DNA from: a virus
Taxonomy: Duplodnaviria; Caudoviricetes
IMG/VR virus record: IMGVR_UViG_3300017766_002486
Span: 1-32,154 of that record
Length of the DNA: 32,154 nucleotides
Reading direction: 5' to 3' (one strand)
In this document: positions 14,959-24,112 of the stretch, piece after piece
Position numbering within the stretch: the stretch's first letter is position 1
Layout: the number at the start of each line of letters is the position of its first letter
Translations under genes and position numbers: made by a program
The notes under the pieces: model-generated
The model's database searches: none
What the model saw: the letters and a program-made list of their open reading frames with translations, nothing else
What the model was told of the DNA's origin: nothing

Positions 14959-15692
14959 TCGTCTTTGGTGATTTCGGCTTCGTCCTTCTTGTCCTGCACG
15001 GCATCGGAGACTTTGTCGGCGAGCCACCAGAGCGACAGGCCCGAGGCGATGGCAGCCGTGCCGATGGCGACCCACATGAAGGCGGGGGAGTCGTAGATGA
15101 ACGGGACCGAGCCCGCCAGCGCAGCGCAAGCCAGGAGCGGGACGCCTAGGCGAGGACCGAGGAAGGTCGTGGTCAAGGCCCCGACCGCGAAGAGACCGGC
15201 ACCGAGGAGGGTCCAGATGTTCTTGGAGGCTTCGGCCTTCACGCGCTCGACCTCGGCCACCAGCTCGACGATGCGGGCGTCACGGGCGGCGAGGGCGGCC
15301 TTGTTCGCGGCGACCTGTTTCTCGAGGTCGGCCCAAGCGGCCTCGGCGGCCTTCTGCTTCTCGGCGGCCTTGGCTCGCTGACGTTCGTAGTCGGCAGGGC
15401 TGGCCTTCTCCGATCGTTGGCGGGCGTAGGCGAGGTCGCCTTCGGTAGCCTTGGGCAGGAAGGAGCCAGCCACGGACAGTTCGGACTCCACGACCGCAGG
15501 CTTCCCGGCGGTGTTTGCTTCCCGGGCTACGGCCACGGCGGCGGCCACGCGGGAGTCGATGACGTCGAGGGTCGAGCCGACGGAAGTCAGGGCGACCTCC
15601 TTGGGCGTGGCGACGGCGGGAGGCAGTTCGGCCTTGGGCGTGGACTTGCACCCAGCCAGGGCCACGAGGGCGATGACTAGGAGCAAGCGCAT
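14955..15692 (-). CDS. lipoprotein with coiled coil and C-terminal TM helices (spanin-like candidate)
   Basis: Lipobox MRLLLVIALVALAG-C, Ala-rich coiled coil and about three C-terminal hydrophobic helices. Confidence 0.55.
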   Translation of the reverse strand: MRLLLVIALVALAGCKSTPKAELPPAVATPKEVALTSVGSTLDVIDSRVAAAVAVAREANTAGKPAVVESELSVAGSFLPKATEGDLAYARQRSEKASPADYERQRAKAAEKQKAAEAAWADLEKQVAANKAALAARDARIVELVAEVERVKAEASKNIWTLLGAGLFAVGALTTTFLGPRLGVPLLACAALAGSVPFIYDSPAFMWVAIGTAAIASGLSLWWLADKVSDAVQDKKDEAEITKDE

Positions 15693-15696
15693 GAGG

Positions 15697-15831
15697 TCAG
15701 TCGCGACCCTTGAGGGCGTCGAGGGCGGCCTTGCCCTTGGCTTCCAGTTCGGACGCCTTGGCGGCGTGCTTGCGGAAGACGAGGGCACCGGCGACGAAGC
15801 CGACGAGGAGGGCGATGAGGTGGGTGATCAT
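15697..15831 (-). CDS. small single-TM protein (44 aa)
   Basis: MITHLIALLVGFVAGALVFRKHAAKASELEAKGKAALDALKGRD, starting 4 nt after the previous stop. Confidence 0.65.
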   Translation of the reverse strand: MITHLIALLVGFVAGALVFRKHAAKASELEAKGKAALDALKGRD

Positions 15832-15835
15832 GGTG

Positions 15836-16030
15836 TTATTCGGAGATAAGTTCGACTTTGACGAGGGGGCCGAGGTCGGCGGGGGTCTGCGGGGTGTCGA
15901 AGGTAAACGTGCCGACCTGACCTCCATAGGTTTCCTCGACAGGCTGGGCGTCAGAGAAGACAAGGCCACGCAGGTCTTGCCAGCTGTTTACGGCCACTCC
16001 GATGACGGTGACTTGATAGGTGTAGTTCAT
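15836..16030 (-). CDS. small hypothetical protein coupled to the tail fibre
   Basis: 64 aa, ATGA overlap with the fibre stop. Confidence 0.6.
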   Translation of the reverse strand: MNYTYQVTVIGVAVNSWQDLRGLVFSDAQPVEETYGGQVGTFTFDTPQTPADLGPLVKVELISE

Positions 16031-18753
16031 GGGCTAATCACGATGTATCGACCACGGCTATGGGCAGTATCGTTAAAGGGAGAAGCAAGGGCGGCGGCGG
16101 CCTGCATTTCTTCCTGCCAGATTGTCGGAATAATACTCACCAATCCAGTAGGGCCGGCGCTAGAAGTAGCAACAGATGTACCGTTGACGTATAGGGTCAC
16201 ATTGCCAGAGCCGTCAGACTCAACATCCCAGTCAAAGGAGATGTTTGCCGTAACGGCGTAAGAGGAAGTCACGCTGGTCAGGGTAGTTCCGTTGTGCACT
16301 TGAAGAAGCAGGAAACGTGACCCAGCACCTCCAATCATTTTCCAGCCGAATCCACGTCGTACAAGATCGCCGACGCCGTCGGCTTCAGCCTTGCCGTGAT
16401 ACCACGCCCATGTGAAGTTAGCGTCAGTGATGATTTCGCAGCGAGAACGGCCGGAAAAAATCTTTCGCAACGAATAGTTGCTGTGTTGTTTTGGGTTTGT
16501 TTTTACTTCCTGATTGTCTGTCTGGTCGACTTGGCTAAAGCCAAAAATTCGTCCTCGAGATGAGCAAGCACCGGCATTACCTGGACGCGTCGTCGTTCCA
16601 ATGCTTCCACTATTAATATAAGTAATCGTTCCGACATTGGTAAATGTGAACTCTTGTCGGTTGACGTAGACCACATCCTGCGACAGCATCGCCCAGATAA
16701 GTTGACGCGGATTGATTGCCGTCGTCGTGCTGGTGAATCCACGAGCCTGAGCAGGGGTAGCAAACGCCGGAACCGCAGCCGTGACGAAGGCCGTCGTCGC
16801 CAGCGCCGTGGTGTTGTTGCCCGGAGACTGCGTGACGGCGGTCGTGCCCGTCGGCAGGGAAGGCGTGCCGGTGAATGCGGGGCTTGCGAGGTTGGCCTTG
16901 AGGTTGTCAGCCGTGGTGACGAAGGCGGTCGTGGCCAGTTTAAGGGACGAGTCTCCAGCGGTCTGGGTGACGCCGTTGGTCGTGCCCTGGAGCGTGGTCG
17001 TCGAAGTGCCGGTGGTCGAACCGATGGCGATGTTCGTGGTCGAGCCAGCGACGCCATTCGTGCCGATGTTGACCGCCTTGGTCGTCGCCGTGAGGGTCGC
17101 ACCCGTGGCGAGGTTAAGGGTAGACGCGGCGGTCGTGCCACCAATCGAGGTAGTCGAAGCACCCAGCACAGGGCCGACAGTGATGTTGGTGGTCGAGCCG
17201 ACGACGCCGCCCGTGGCAATGTTGACCGTCTTGGTCGAGGCGCTGATGGTCGCACCCGAGGCCACGTTGATTGTGCCAGTGGCCGTCGAGCTGCCGTAGG
17301 TGCTGGAGGCGTTCGAGAAAGTGTTGTTAGACCCGAGCGGGGCGTATTGCTGGGTTCCCGCGTTGATGCGCGCGAACAGGCCAGAGGTCGTCGTCCAGAC
17401 GTCTCCGTTGACCGGGGTGGTGGGAGCCACGCCGTGGGCGATGTTAAACCCAGCGCCTACAGTAGCATCCGAAGCGATGGTGCTGACCTTGCCGTTCTGG
17501 TCGATGGTGACGAAGTTCGTGTCCGTAGCCTGGTCATGCAGGGTGAGGATGTTGCCGGTGCCCGCCTGCTCGATGAAGAGCGCCGCGCCCGAGGAGTTCG
17601 ACGTGATCGAGACGTTTCCAGTCAGGGCCGGGCTCGCCTTGGGGGCGTAGGACGACATGCCAGACAGGGTCTGGTAGGTGGAGGCCGCGTCCGAGGTGGT
17701 CAGGTAGCCCGAGATAGACGCACCCGCAGGGATAGTCACAACGCCCGTAAATGTCGGGCTAGCGATGGGGGCGTACGTCGTGGCCGCGTCAGCCGAAGCC
17801 AGTTTGGCGTTAAGCGCCGTGGCTAGGTCGGTCTGATTGCCGAGCGTGCCGGTGATAGAGCCCCATGTAACTGAGGTCGCAGGGACAACGCCCGCCACAT
17901 TGACCGTCCAAGACGTATAGGTTCCCGACCCGGTGTGGTGATTGATGTCCACCGAGAGCGCACCCGTGCCGGAGTTGTACGTCAGTACCTCGCCGTGCAT
18001 ATGGTTGCTCGCGTCGTAGGCCACCGTGATGCTCTGGGTCGGCGTGTACGAGAGGCCCGTGCCAATGGTAAAGGACTTGGTGCCGTTGCCGATCGTGTTG
18101 CTCGTAGTCGAGGTCGTCAGGTAACGGTCGCCCGGGATGAGTGTCTGCCAGGACGAGTCGTAGTTCGTGCCCGAGTTCTTGGTCAGGACTTGGCCGACAG
18201 TGCCCGAGGTGGGCTGGCCCTGGGCGATGGTCGCGTAGGTCGAGGCCGCAGCCGAGGTCGTCAGGTAGGACGACATCCCCGAGAGGGTCTGATACGTCGA
18301 TGCGGCCGTCGAGCTGAGGAGGTAGGGCGAGAGGGCTGCGGAGGTGATGTAGCCAGCCGGGTTGGTCTGGAGGTAGTAGGTTGACGCGGCGGTTGAGGTC
18401 GTCAGGTACGAGGACATTCCCGCCAGAGTCTGGTAGGTCGAGGCCGCCGTGGCCGAGGTCAGGTAGGGCGAGAGGGCCGCGCTGGTGATGTAGCCAGCCG
18501 GGTTGGTCGTGCTGTATTTTCCATCCAGCGCCGTCTGAAGGTCGGTCTGGGATGAGAGCGTTCCCGTAATGCTACCCCACGTGCCGCCAACTCCGGGCGG
18601 TCCTTGAATCCCTTGGGGCCCTTGAATCCCTTGGGGCCCGACAGGCCCGGGGACTCCGACGCTGCCCGTCAGGGTTCCCGCGACAGTGCCGGACAACGCG
18701 CCGTTGACCGTGCCGAAGGTGTTCTCCGTAGAGGTGATGGTTCCGTTGGGCAT
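16027..18753 (-). CDS. tail fibre / receptor-binding protein
   Basis: 908 aa, Thr/Gly/Ser-rich. Short collagen repeat GPQGIQGPQGIQGPPG, repeated TWGSITGTL..QTDL, and fibre motifs ASPAFTGTP and ATTAFV. Confidence 0.85.
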   Translation of the reverse strand: MPNGTITSTENTFGTVNGALSGTVAGTLTGSVGVPGPVGPQGIQGPQGIQGPPGVGGTWGSITGTLSSQTDLQTALDGKYSTTNPAGYITSAALSPYLTSATAASTYQTLAGMSSYLTTSTAASTYYLQTNPAGYITSAALSPYLLSSTAASTYQTLSGMSSYLTTSAAASTYATIAQGQPTSGTVGQVLTKNSGTNYDSSWQTLIPGDRYLTTSTTSNTIGNGTKSFTIGTGLSYTPTQSITVAYDASNHMHGEVLTYNSGTGALSVDINHHTGSGTYTSWTVNVAGVVPATSVTWGSITGTLGNQTDLATALNAKLASADAATTYAPIASPTFTGVVTIPAGASISGYLTTSDAASTYQTLSGMSSYAPKASPALTGNVSITSNSSGAALFIEQAGTGNILTLHDQATDTNFVTIDQNGKVSTIASDATVGAGFNIAHGVAPTTPVNGDVWTTTSGLFARINAGTQQYAPLGSNNTFSNASSTYGSSTATGTINVASGATISASTKTVNIATGGVVGSTTNITVGPVLGASTTSIGGTTAASTLNLATGATLTATTKAVNIGTNGVAGSTTNIAIGSTTGTSTTTLQGTTNGVTQTAGDSSLKLATTAFVTTADNLKANLASPAFTGTPSLPTGTTAVTQSPGNNTTALATTAFVTAAVPAFATPAQARGFTSTTTAINPRQLIWAMLSQDVVYVNRQEFTFTNVGTITYINSGSIGTTTRPGNAGACSSRGRIFGFSQVDQTDNQEVKTNPKQHSNYSLRKIFSGRSRCEIITDANFTWAWYHGKAEADGVGDLVRRGFGWKMIGGAGSRFLLLQVHNGTTLTSVTSSYAVTANISFDWDVESDGSGNVTLYVNGTSVATSSAGPTGLVSIIPTIWQEEMQAAAALASPFNDTAHSRGRYIVISP
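18226..18508. repeat. two imperfect 141-bp (47-aa) tandem units inside the tail fibre
   Basis: TNPAGYITSAALSPYL..S.AASTYQTL.GMSSYLTTS.AASTY occurs twice. GTGATGTAGCCAGCCGGGTTGGTC ends at 18367 and at 18508. Confidence 0.8.
18602..18637. repeat. perfect 18-bp tandem repeat encoding collagen-like GPQGIQ
   Basis: CCTTGAATCCCTTGGGGC x2. Confidence 0.9.
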
Positions 18754-18757
18754 GAAA

Positions 18758-19078
18758 TCAGACGGTCACGGAGTCGATGACCTGGATACGGAAGACCTCG
18801 GTCCGCGAGATGGGACCGGGCGAGCCAGGGAATACGAACTTGATATCCCATCGGCCTAGGCCAAGCGCCCAGTCGGCGGTCGAGCCCGGGTAGGTGCAGG
18901 TGAAGGACAGGCCGTCTCCGGCCTTGGTGATCGTCAGCTCGTAGGAGTTGCCGCACTTGTCCTCCACCGTCGAGGTCAGGGTCGTGGCCAGCAGGTTGGC
19001 AGGGCCAGTCGTGCCAGGGGTCCAGACGAAGGTGCAGGCGAACGTGTTGCCCTGCGATAGCGTGACGGTGTCAGACAT
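18758..19078 (-). CDS. putative fibre-attachment/baseplate adaptor (BppU-N-like)
   Basis: 106 aa beta-rich (LSQGNTF...WDIKF...SRTEVFRIQVIDSVT), immediately before the fibre. Confidence 0.5.
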   Translation of the reverse strand: MSDTVTLSQGNTFACTFVWTPGTTGPANLLATTLTSTVEDKCGNSYELTITKAGDGLSFTCTYPGSTADWALGLGRWDIKFVFPGSPGPISRTEVFRIQVIDSVTV

Positions 19079-19106
19079 GGCTACTTATTGTGCAAATGGT
19101 AGGGTT
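19079..19106 (-). promoter_or_regulatory. late-gene bipartite motif copy 4
   Basis: AACCCTACC-ATTTGC-ACAATAAGTAGCC-ATG. Confidence 0.65.
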
Positions 19107-19110
19107 TAGG

Positions 19111-19575
19111 TCAGAAAGCCGTCAGGTTGCCGATGGAGACGATGGGCTGGGCGGGCGAACCGCCCCCGATGAACTGAACGTCTGTAGTGAAGAAGGTCGC
19201 GTTAAGGGTGGCGCTTAGGCCAGTCAGGGTAACCGTCTGGCCTTCGAGCTGAGTCCTGACTTCGGTCGGCATTAGAAAGCCGTTGGTAGGGTTGCCAGGG
19301 ATGCCAATCAATCGGTTGCTCGGTGAGGGGAATGTGCTGTAAGCACTGTATACGCTCGGCTGCTGGGCGAAGTTGACTGAAACGGTAAAGCGCGGATAGC
19401 GGATGAGTCCGCTGCCGGAGGCTGATGCCTTCTGGCCGTCTACTCCTGTCAGATATTCGATGCTGTAGTCGTAGGCGTCGAAACCTGCTGAGCCTGTGCT
19501 GTCGTTCAGGATCATGGCACAACGGAACTTGCCCCACGTGGAGACCGAGGCCGATGCTCCCAAGGCGGTGGCCAT
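19111..19575 (-). CDS. putative tail structural protein
   Basis: 154 aa, TGATG overlap, located in the tail module. Confidence 0.55.
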   Translation of the reverse strand: MATALGASASVSTWGKFRCAMILNDSTGSAGFDAYDYSIEYLTGVDGQKASASGSGLIRYPRFTVSVNFAQQPSVYSAYSTFPSPSNRLIGIPGNPTNGFLMPTEVRTQLEGQTVTLTGLSATLNATFFTTDVQFIGGGSPAQPIVSIGNLTAF

Positions 19576-21332
19576 CAGACTCGGGCGTAGTAGTAGGTCG
19601 CCGTGGCCGAGCCGAGCTTGATGCGGTCAGCCCAGAGCGAGCCGGTGACGTATTGGGTGACGGTGGCGCCGTTGACCGTGGCGATACGGATATAGCCTTC
19701 CGTGTCCGTGTCCGCAGGCAGGGGGGTTCCGAGGTTCCACTCGAAGCCGGTCGGGTTCGGGAACAGGCCCGACGCGAACGGAGCCTTGACCCACACCTCG
19801 TAGGTGCTGGTCGAGACCGTGATCGTGCTGGCGATGTTGCCAGGGGTGACGTTGTTGACCGTGCCAGAGACGATGCGGTAGGTGGAGTTCGCGCCGACGG
19901 TCGAGACGTGGATGACCTTGAAGGGGTGCATGGATGTGTCTGGCTCGTCGGTGCATCCGCCTTCTTCGGCGTAGTTCAGGACGTTAGTCGTGAACGCACG
20001 GGGGACGGTTCCGTTGATGACCGGGGTTGCCCAAGCAGGGATGAACCCAAGGGCGTTAGCCGCAAGTGCGTCCTCGTTATTGACCACGTTGCCCCATGCG
20101 TCTGGGGTCGTTGCCTCGTTGATGTAGTAGGGGTCCTCGGCCTCGGTTACGTCTGCCTTGTTCATCAGGAACGTGGCGTTTAGCTCACAGGGAATGACGA
20201 TGTCCTGAGACCCGACGTGCATCTGGCTGACCTTATACCAGGTCGTGAAGGAGGTCAGGCTGGAGTTGGCCGTAAGCGCGGCCACGGAACTGTTCCGCAG
20301 GATGTTCGTATACTCGACTTGATACACTCCGGCGGAAACCTGCTGGACGAACACGTTGCCGTCCAAGGCCGGGATGGTGTTGAGACATTCCTGCAGATCG
20401 TAGGCCGATTGCGTCGAAGGGTTGAATGTGGTCGTGGTAGTGGCGCCGGCGTGGGTGAACGTAGCACCGCCGGACTTGTAGTCGCCAGCGAAGACAATCT
20501 GCTGGATGCTATTGCCTACCGATGAGCTGCCGTCCCTTACCACGTTGACCGCCACGGTGGACGGAGTAGCCGCGACAGAGTCGATGATGGCCAGCACCCG
20601 GACATGGTGACCGAAGAAGCGGGGGTTGAAATAGGTCGTGTGACAGTGGCCCCAGTCCAGCAGAGTTTCGCCCTCGGCTACGACCTCTTCGTATCCTTCC
20701 ATCTTCTGGACGTTGGTCGTGTTCTGGTAGAGCGAAGGGCCCGCGTCAACGAACAGGGCGTTGAACTCAGCCGAGCCGTCCTTGACGAAAGACACCCAGG
20801 GGAGGTTCTGATCTAGAAGCCCGCCATCGAAGGCGCCGTTGCCAGCGTCCCACTTCGACAGGGTGACGAACCAGCGACCCGTGCCGGTGAGCGCGTAGCC
20901 GCCGCCGCCGAGCATCCAAGGAGACAGGGCGTCAGCCAAAGGGGCTGGCGTGACCGTAGAGGACTTGACCGCGACAAAGTTGATGTATGCCTGCCTATGG
21001 TCCGTAAACGCCCCAGTCTTGATGTAGGGCATCAAAGAGTGGGTATAGGTCACCGAGCCCATGGCCACCTGCACGACAGGCGTCGGCGTGCCACCGACAG
21101 GCATGGCCAGCACGTTGCACTGAAACTGCTGGGGCTTGTTGACGTAGGCCGGAGTCAGCAGGGCCGGAAGGACAGGCGGCTCGGGGGGCTGAGGCGGGTC
21201 GGGGAACTTCGGCAGCGCGATTCCGAAAGCGATACCATCGTCACTCGGGGGCGTCCACGGCTGTTGGATGTCCAGGGAGAACCCGCTAGACGAAGCCTTG
21301 AAGGTGTATCCGTCGCCGGGTTGGAGGCTCAT
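19575..21332 (-). CDS. putative tail tip protein
   Basis: 585 aa beta-rich, located after the tape-measure-like and hub genes. Confidence 0.6.
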   Translation of the reverse strand: MSLQPGDGYTFKASSSGFSLDIQQPWTPPSDDGIAFGIALPKFPDPPQPPEPPVLPALLTPAYVNKPQQFQCNVLAMPVGGTPTPVVQVAMGSVTYTHSLMPYIKTGAFTDHRQAYINFVAVKSSTVTPAPLADALSPWMLGGGGYALTGTGRWFVTLSKWDAGNGAFDGGLLDQNLPWVSFVKDGSAEFNALFVDAGPSLYQNTTNVQKMEGYEEVVAEGETLLDWGHCHTTYFNPRFFGHHVRVLAIIDSVAATPSTVAVNVVRDGSSSVGNSIQQIVFAGDYKSGGATFTHAGATTTTTFNPSTQSAYDLQECLNTIPALDGNVFVQQVSAGVYQVEYTNILRNSSVAALTANSSLTSFTTWYKVSQMHVGSQDIVIPCELNATFLMNKADVTEAEDPYYINEATTPDAWGNVVNNEDALAANALGFIPAWATPVINGTVPRAFTTNVLNYAEEGGCTDEPDTSMHPFKVIHVSTVGANSTYRIVSGTVNNVTPGNIASTITVSTSTYEVWVKAPFASGLFPNPTGFEWNLGTPLPADTDTEGYIRIATVNGATVTQYVTGSLWADRIKLGSATATYYYARV

Positions 21333-21334
21333 GT

Positions 21335-22258
21335 TCAGATCAGTCGGTTGTCTCGGTAGACCTTATCGTGCCAGCCGACAACACTATAGCGGACCTCGTA
21401 GTTGACCTTGTAGAGCAGGCCGTAGTCCTGAGCGTTCACCTGAGAAAGCAGCAGCTGATTGAAAGAACCGTTGGCGACACTGGAAACCCAAGAGGTTCCG
21501 GCGTAGTCAGGGATGATATTGGGAAGGACGCCGGACCAATCGTTATCGCGGGAGGTCGTGCCGAGGTAGTCCATCATGTTATGAACCTCAGAGGCTTCGG
21601 TCGTGTAGAAGTGGCCGGAGAAGGATGAGGTCGGGGCGAGGTAGTTCGTCTTGCCGTAGAAGTGCTTATCAGCCGCCTTGACGAAACCGATGAACCGACC
21701 GCCCTGCGGGTCCTCGAAGCAAGCGCCGTTCTGGCCGAGATAGGACTGCTTCTTACCGATCTTACCGAACTGAGGGGTCCCGTCAGAGTTGTATCCTAGC
21801 AAAACCTGAATCCAGTCGGCGGTGTTCTTGATTTCAACCAGCGGACCGATCGGGGACTGGGTGTAGGTTCCAGCTGCGCCGGCGATGACGCCATCATATC
21901 CGTCACCGCCAGGTTCAAAGAAGTTCGGGTTGGTCGTGATGTTCTCGGACGTCAGGCCGTTGGACGCGCCGACCTCGGGGTTGGTGTAAACTCCCTCGTT
22001 CACGTCAGGGTCGATGCCGATGTAGTCCACCGTGATGATGGCCATCCCGAGGGCATCGTAGGACACGGAGAACTTGTGCGCCGCCAGCGCCGCGTTGATG
22101 GGACAGGTCGAGCCTCGGTTTCCGACCGATAGATCGTTGTTTGTGTTGGCCTTCCAGACGCAGGTGGCCGTGAGCAGGCCGTAGCCGTCGTTGCTCAGTT
22201 TGCCTCCAGGCTGGAGAACCGGGGCGTTTAGGTTGTTGCCGTAGTCTTGACGTGCCAT
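21335..22258 (-). CDS. putative distal tail/hub protein
   Basis: 307 aa directly after the tape-measure-like gene; synteny only. Confidence 0.5.
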   Translation of the reverse strand: MARQDYGNNLNAPVLQPGGKLSNDGYGLLTATCVWKANTNNDLSVGNRGSTCPINAALAAHKFSVSYDALGMAIITVDYIGIDPDVNEGVYTNPEVGASNGLTSENITTNPNFFEPGGDGYDGVIAGAAGTYTQSPIGPLVEIKNTADWIQVLLGYNSDGTPQFGKIGKKQSYLGQNGACFEDPQGGRFIGFVKAADKHFYGKTNYLAPTSSFSGHFYTTEASEVHNMMDYLGTTSRDNDWSGVLPNIIPDYAGTSWVSSVANGSFNQLLLSQVNAQDYGLLYKVNYEVRYSVVGWHDKVYRDNRLI

Positions 22259-22266
22259 AAAGGTGA

Positions 22267-23160
22267 TTACATTTGGTCTCCGTAGCCGTCAACGTGGGGG
22301 TTGCCAGTAGGAGCGTCTAGCCAGCTAGAGGTGCGGCCTCCGCCAGAGGTGACGAGCTGAGCCAGGAGCTCGTTGGTCTTCTTGGCCTCTTCGAGCTGGG
22401 AAGCCATGGCTTCAAGCACCGGGTTGGCTCCAACGCCGACGACGTTGGAAAAACCTTCAGGTCCCTTGAAGGTGGTCGGCATCTTATCCACTTCCTTCTG
22501 CGCTTGGATCTGAGCGTCGGCGGCTTCCTTCTGTTTGACGGCGGCTTCTTCGGCCTTCTTCTTGGCAATCATCTCAGGGTCTGATGCGACGCGAGCCTGA
22601 GAACGACGCTCAAGGACTTTCTGGATGTCTTCGTCTTGTCGGTAGTCGTTGATGCCTGTCATCATTCCAGCAACGTTGAAGAAACGGCCAGCCGTATTCC
22701 AGAATCCTTTCCCTTCAGAGATATAATCCCCCATGGCTGACTCGGCCTCGGAGATGCTGAACGTTCCGGCGTTCTGTTGTCCCTGCTCGTCGGCTAGGGC
22801 TTCGGCTGCCAGCTTGGCGTTCTTGCGATCTAGGGCGTCCTGCCGGCGACGAGCCGCTTCTTGTGCGGAGGTGACCGTGCCTTCGCGCATATACTTGTTG
22901 CCGCCACCTTCGGCCACGGCCTTGGCGTCCTGGACTGCTTGGCGGTTCTTTTCGATGGAGGCCGAGATGGCGCTCATGGCCGCATTGAGCAGGACCATCG
23001 GGGCCGCGAAGGAAAGGAACAGGTCCTTGCCGAAGGACTTGAAGCGGTTCTCGATTCCCTCGATGTTCTTCTCCAGGGCGCTGACGGACTTCTTGACCTT
23101 CTCGGTCACCTGCTCGGCGTTGGTATCGCCGTTGATGCTGAACTTGATGACGTTGCTCAT
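22267..23160 (-). CDS. short tape-measure-like protein (297 aa)
   Basis: Start MSNVIKFSINGDT at an ATGA overlap. Helical and Ala/Lys/Glu-rich with a hydrophobic stretch, in the canonical position after tube and chaperone. Confidence 0.6.
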   Translation of the reverse strand: MSNVIKFSINGDTNAEQVTEKVKKSVSALEKNIEGIENRFKSFGKDLFLSFAAPMVLLNAAMSAISASIEKNRQAVQDAKAVAEGGGNKYMREGTVTSAQEAARRRQDALDRKNAKLAAEALADEQGQQNAGTFSISEAESAMGDYISEGKGFWNTAGRFFNVAGMMTGINDYRQDEDIQKVLERRSQARVASDPEMIAKKKAEEAAVKQKEAADAQIQAQKEVDKMPTTFKGPEGFSNVVGVGANPVLEAMASQLEEAKKTNELLAQLVTSGGGRTSSWLDAPTGNPHVDGYGDQM

Positions 23161-23699
23161 GCTTGGATTTTTTCGAGTGAGTCGATTAGTTCCTCGTCCT
23201 CGGAGGTGAGGACTTTGAGTTCGGCTCCCTTGCTGATCGCAAAGGTGGAGTTCAGCCAGATGGCCTGGCACTCCGGCATCGTCCACGCGCGCTCTTCTGG
23301 GATACCGTTGGAAATCAGCGAGGCCACCACGGTTAAGACCCAAGGGGTCCCGCTGGTCTCGGAGTGCTTGGCCTTCTTCTCCCAGAACTTCGGCCAAGCC
23401 TCTACCATCACGAACTTGGAAAACAGGTCAATCTGCTCGGCGAAGTAATCACCGTTTGCGGTCATCTTGCCGAGATACCAGGAGTCCTTCCAGGTCAGCT
23501 TGTCGAGGCGTTCACCCGAGCAAATCTTTACGGCCACTATCAGATCGAGCGGACGGATGCCGACGCCAGAACGAAGGAGGGGGCTTTCGGCTGCTTCCAG
23601 CTGCACGCGGTGAAGCAGGCAGAACGGGGAAACAAAACGACCCAGAATCTTAATCTGTCCAGAGGGGTCCGTGAAAGCGGATGTGAACCGCTTGTCCAT
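23157..23699 (-). CDS. putative tail assembly chaperone
   Basis: Start MDKRFTSAF, between the tail tube and TMP. The C-terminal GIPEERAWTMP motif resembles chaperone extensions. Confidence 0.5.
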   Translation of the reverse strand: MDKRFTSAFTDPSGQIKILGRFVSPFCLLHRVQLEAAESPLLRSGVGIRPLDLIVAVKICSGERLDKLTWKDSWYLGKMTANGDYFAEQIDLFSKFVMVEAWPKFWEKKAKHSETSGTPWVLTVVASLISNGIPEERAWTMPECQAIWLNSTFAISKGAELKVLTSEDEELIDSLEKIQA

Positions 23700-23703
23700 G
23701 CGG

Positions 23704-24087
23704 TTAGGCGCCGGCGACGCCTTCGTAGCCGACGGCACTGACGGTTACGGCAGTGTATCCGCGATTAGATCCCTTGTCTGAAACCTTTGTCACCCAGCCC
23801 GAAAAAGCGGTCGAAGCCGTGCCGCCAGAGTAGGAAGAGGCGGTGTTGACCGTTAGGGTAAAGGATGCGCCGAGGACAGGAATCGCCGAGGTTTTCGCGA
23901 TGATTTCCACGCTCACCTGGCAGCGTCTGTCGTCGCCGCGCCATGCGACGGTCTTGCCCGTCTCGTCGATGATGGTCGCTTCGTTGGCAAACTCGCCGTC
24001 GTTGGTGTAGGACTGGACAACGGCATTGGCCACGGTAGCGCCGGGAAGGCCATAGATTGCGGTTACCCCTTTGACGATAGCAGCCAT
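23704..24087 (-). CDS. putative tail tube (major tail) protein
   Basis: 127 aa beta-rich, after the tail terminator and preceded by the late motif. Confidence 0.55.
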   Translation of the reverse strand: MAAIVKGVTAIYGLPGATVANAVVQSYTNDGEFANEATIIDETGKTVAWRGDDRRCQVSVEIIAKTSAIPVLGASFTLTVNTASSYSGGTASTAFSGWVTKVSDKGSNRGYTAVTVSAVGYEGVAGA

Positions 24088-24112
24088 ATACTATTGCGGA
24101 TAAGGTAAGGTT
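24088..24112 (-). promoter_or_regulatory. late-gene bipartite motif copy 3
   Basis: AACCTTACC-TTATCC-GCAATAGTAT-ATG. Confidence 0.7.

Noticed and set aside
16654-17826. 390-aa Arg/Gly-rich plus-strand ORF (and similar at 30819..31901, 27364..28062)
   Set aside because: Antisense to well-supported structural/packaging genes; composition typical of non-coding frames.
18226-18637. Diversity-generating retroelement TR/VR pair
   Set aside because: The repeats are in-frame tandem protein repeats with mostly synonymous differences rather than adenine-specific ones, and no reverse transcriptase is present.
23161-23397. Programmed -1 frameshift fusing tail chaperone to the TMP frame at GAAAAAA
   Set aside because: The TMP frame is open upstream, but C-GAA-AAA-ATC is not a canonical X XXY YYZ heptamer, and the ATGA overlap explains the junction by translational coupling.
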